From contig NC_043001.1 in NCBI RefSeq assembly GCF_006345805.1, positions 73,904,001 through 73,968,000 on the forward strand: a stretch of 64,000 bases of DNA. The letters are read 5' to 3'. A model generated the notes under the pieces. The model made no database searches and was not told the origin of the DNA. It saw only the letters and a list, made by a program, of their open reading frames with translations. Position 1 is the first letter of the stretch. Each line of letters starts with the position of its first letter. The translations under genes and the position numbers were made by a program. Below are positions 62,150-64,000 of this stretch, piece after piece. Origin of the DNA: Octopus sinensis. Lineage: Eukaryota.

Positions 62150-63431
62150 GTAAATCCTAGTTCAAAGAAACTAATTTTTAGTCATAGTCCTGTATATTAT
62201 TCTGAATGGCTGTTCTCTCTCTTCTTGACAAATGCACGTGCTCTTTATATCAACATTATTTGCATAGCATTCACTCCCTCCTAGAAAAAGTTAAAAAGTC
62301 ATAGCCTTTCTGGGGCTTTCTGATTCCTTTGTGTTCAATGCAGCTGAGGGGATTCTTCTTTTTGTTCTTGATGGTTATCTCTAGGAGGAGGAGAAATTTC
62401 AATTGGCTCTCTGTCTGGCTCTTGAGGGACAAATATTTGGGTTAGGTTATCAGTTGGGTGGTGCCAATTGTTTTGTGGATACTGTGGTTTCGCAACTGTC
62501 TGGGTAACAGACGTGAGCGTATTGGGGGTTGGCTTCGATTAAATCATCTTGGTCCATGATAGGGTCATACTTGTTAATGTGATTGTTCCTTTGAACACGT
62601 GCAGGTCCTGGGTTAAGAAACCATGTTGGCATCAATGTTTCCTGTTGCTGAATGTCTTTGATAATTAAAAAGACGTTCATGAGGAGTGGTGTTAGTGAAT
62701 GTACAAAGTAGAGATCTGATTGAATGCAACACATCTGGAAGAACTGTTTTCCATGAAGATACTGGAAGGGCACAGGTTTTCAAAGAGAGTCGTACTGACT
62801 TCTAAATAATACCATTATATCTTTCTACTTGACTGTTCCCAGAGGGATTGTATGGTGTCGTCCTATTCATTGCAATGTCCTTACTGAGGAGCCGTTCTCT
62901 CAATCTTGTAGACATAAAGGCAGTTCTACGATCGGAATGTACATAACTGGGCATACCAAAAACTGAGAACAAGTCTGTAAGACACTTTATTACAGTCTGA
63001 GCTGATGTGTCAGATACTGGATAACCAAACGGAAATTGAGAGTATTCATCAACTATTGTTAGGAGATAAGGATGCTTCTTGGAAGGAATCGGACCTTTGA
63101 AATTGATGGAAATTCGCTCAAAGGGCTGCATGGCCTTAGTTAAGTTAACTGAGTCTGGTTTATAATATTGTGGTTTCACTTCTTGACATATAGAGCAATT
63201 TCTACATATTTGTTTCACATTCTCTAACGAATATGGAAGATTTCTACTGCAGATGAAATGATAAAGGTGTACTACACCAGGATGGCACAGTGCTGCATGT
63301 AACTCATAAAGCGAATGTGAACTGATTGCTGAACAGCGTAACCTTGTGAATGCATCCGGAGTGCTGTTGCTGGATCCTGGGTAATTGTGAATATCATATG
63401 AGTAAGGAGATAACGCAATGTGCCATCTCAT
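62150..63431 (-). mobile_element. Ty3/Gypsy LTR retrotransposon fragment: RNaseH end, integrase, PPT and start of the 3' LTR
   Basis: ORF 62802-63431 has RWHIALSPYSYDI (RNaseH end), an HHCC motif (H.ALCHPG...CRNC), ISINFKGP (first catalytic D is now N), and HSDRRTAF...QVERYNG with 35 residues from D to E. It continues frameshifted to ETTVSTKQLAP. The purine tract AGGAGGGAGTGAA (62282-62270) is followed by TG. Confidence 0.88.
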
Positions 63432-64000
63432 AATTTTATCATAAGTACCAATTGAGTACTGGGGTTGATGTCATTGATTAATCCCCTCCCTTGAAATTGT
63501 TGGCCTTGTGCCAAAATTTGAAACCAATATTTGGATTTAGTAGACAGGTTGTCAGTATCCTGGTATTGTCAATTATCATCTTAGAAATATTGATATTAAT
63601 CACTTTGATTAATTAAAACAAAATCATAAAGAAAAGGAACTGTTTTTATTGCAACCTCCTCCTGGCCCCTCTATTGTTTATCTGTTAGGGAAGAATCATA
63701 AGATTAGAGAAAAAAAACATTTGGAAATGCTATTAAATTGTCTAATCACCATCACCACCCTAATCATCATCACCACCACTAGCTCAGCTCTGTGTTGGTT
63801 GGCATGAATTAGATAAGTTTTCTCCATCCATATTTGGCACTGCTCCAGTACTAACCACATCATAGTTGTGTTAATATTTTATGTACCAGGACAGGTGTAA
63901 TTGGAAAGGTTGTAGTGGCAGATAATTATATTTCACAAAAAAAAAAAAAAGATATTTTCCATAAACATCTTTCATTAATCCCACTCTATTCAACAAGTCA

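Overview
AT-rich, repeat-dense animal genomic DNA. The SINE families, the piggyBac-like MITEs and the very high (TA)n/(TATG)n/(CA)n density suggest an octopod cephalopod; this is inference from recalled repeat families, with no database check. Only one host exon is convincing: 56745-56860 (+), 116 nt, canonical splice sites, encoding the end of a PDZ domain plus the following linker of an ARHGEF11/ARHGEF12 (PDZ-RhoGEF/LARG/RhoGEF2)-like gene. Almost all of the window therefore appears to be intron. It is filled with decayed RTE and CR1-like LINE pieces, several tRNA-type SINE families, three Tc1/mariner-superfamily relics (a head-to-head mariner, a DD36E and a DD37D element), piggyBac elements and MITEs, non-autonomous Helitrons, a Gypsy RNaseH-integrase fragment with PPT/LTR start, and a ~3.1 kb microsatellite. 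The most notable unannotated signals are short (TA)n-flanked repeats carrying minimal type I hammerhead-ribozyme folds (25276-25323 +, 40364-40411 -, and a second variant family at 40837-40871 -), a 256-bp near-perfect palindrome, other fold-back structures, and two frame-preserving candidate cassette exons. I found no evidence for a new protein-coding system. Most listed ORFs are microsatellite artefacts. Repeat boundaries are approximate (tens of bp) unless termini are quoted.
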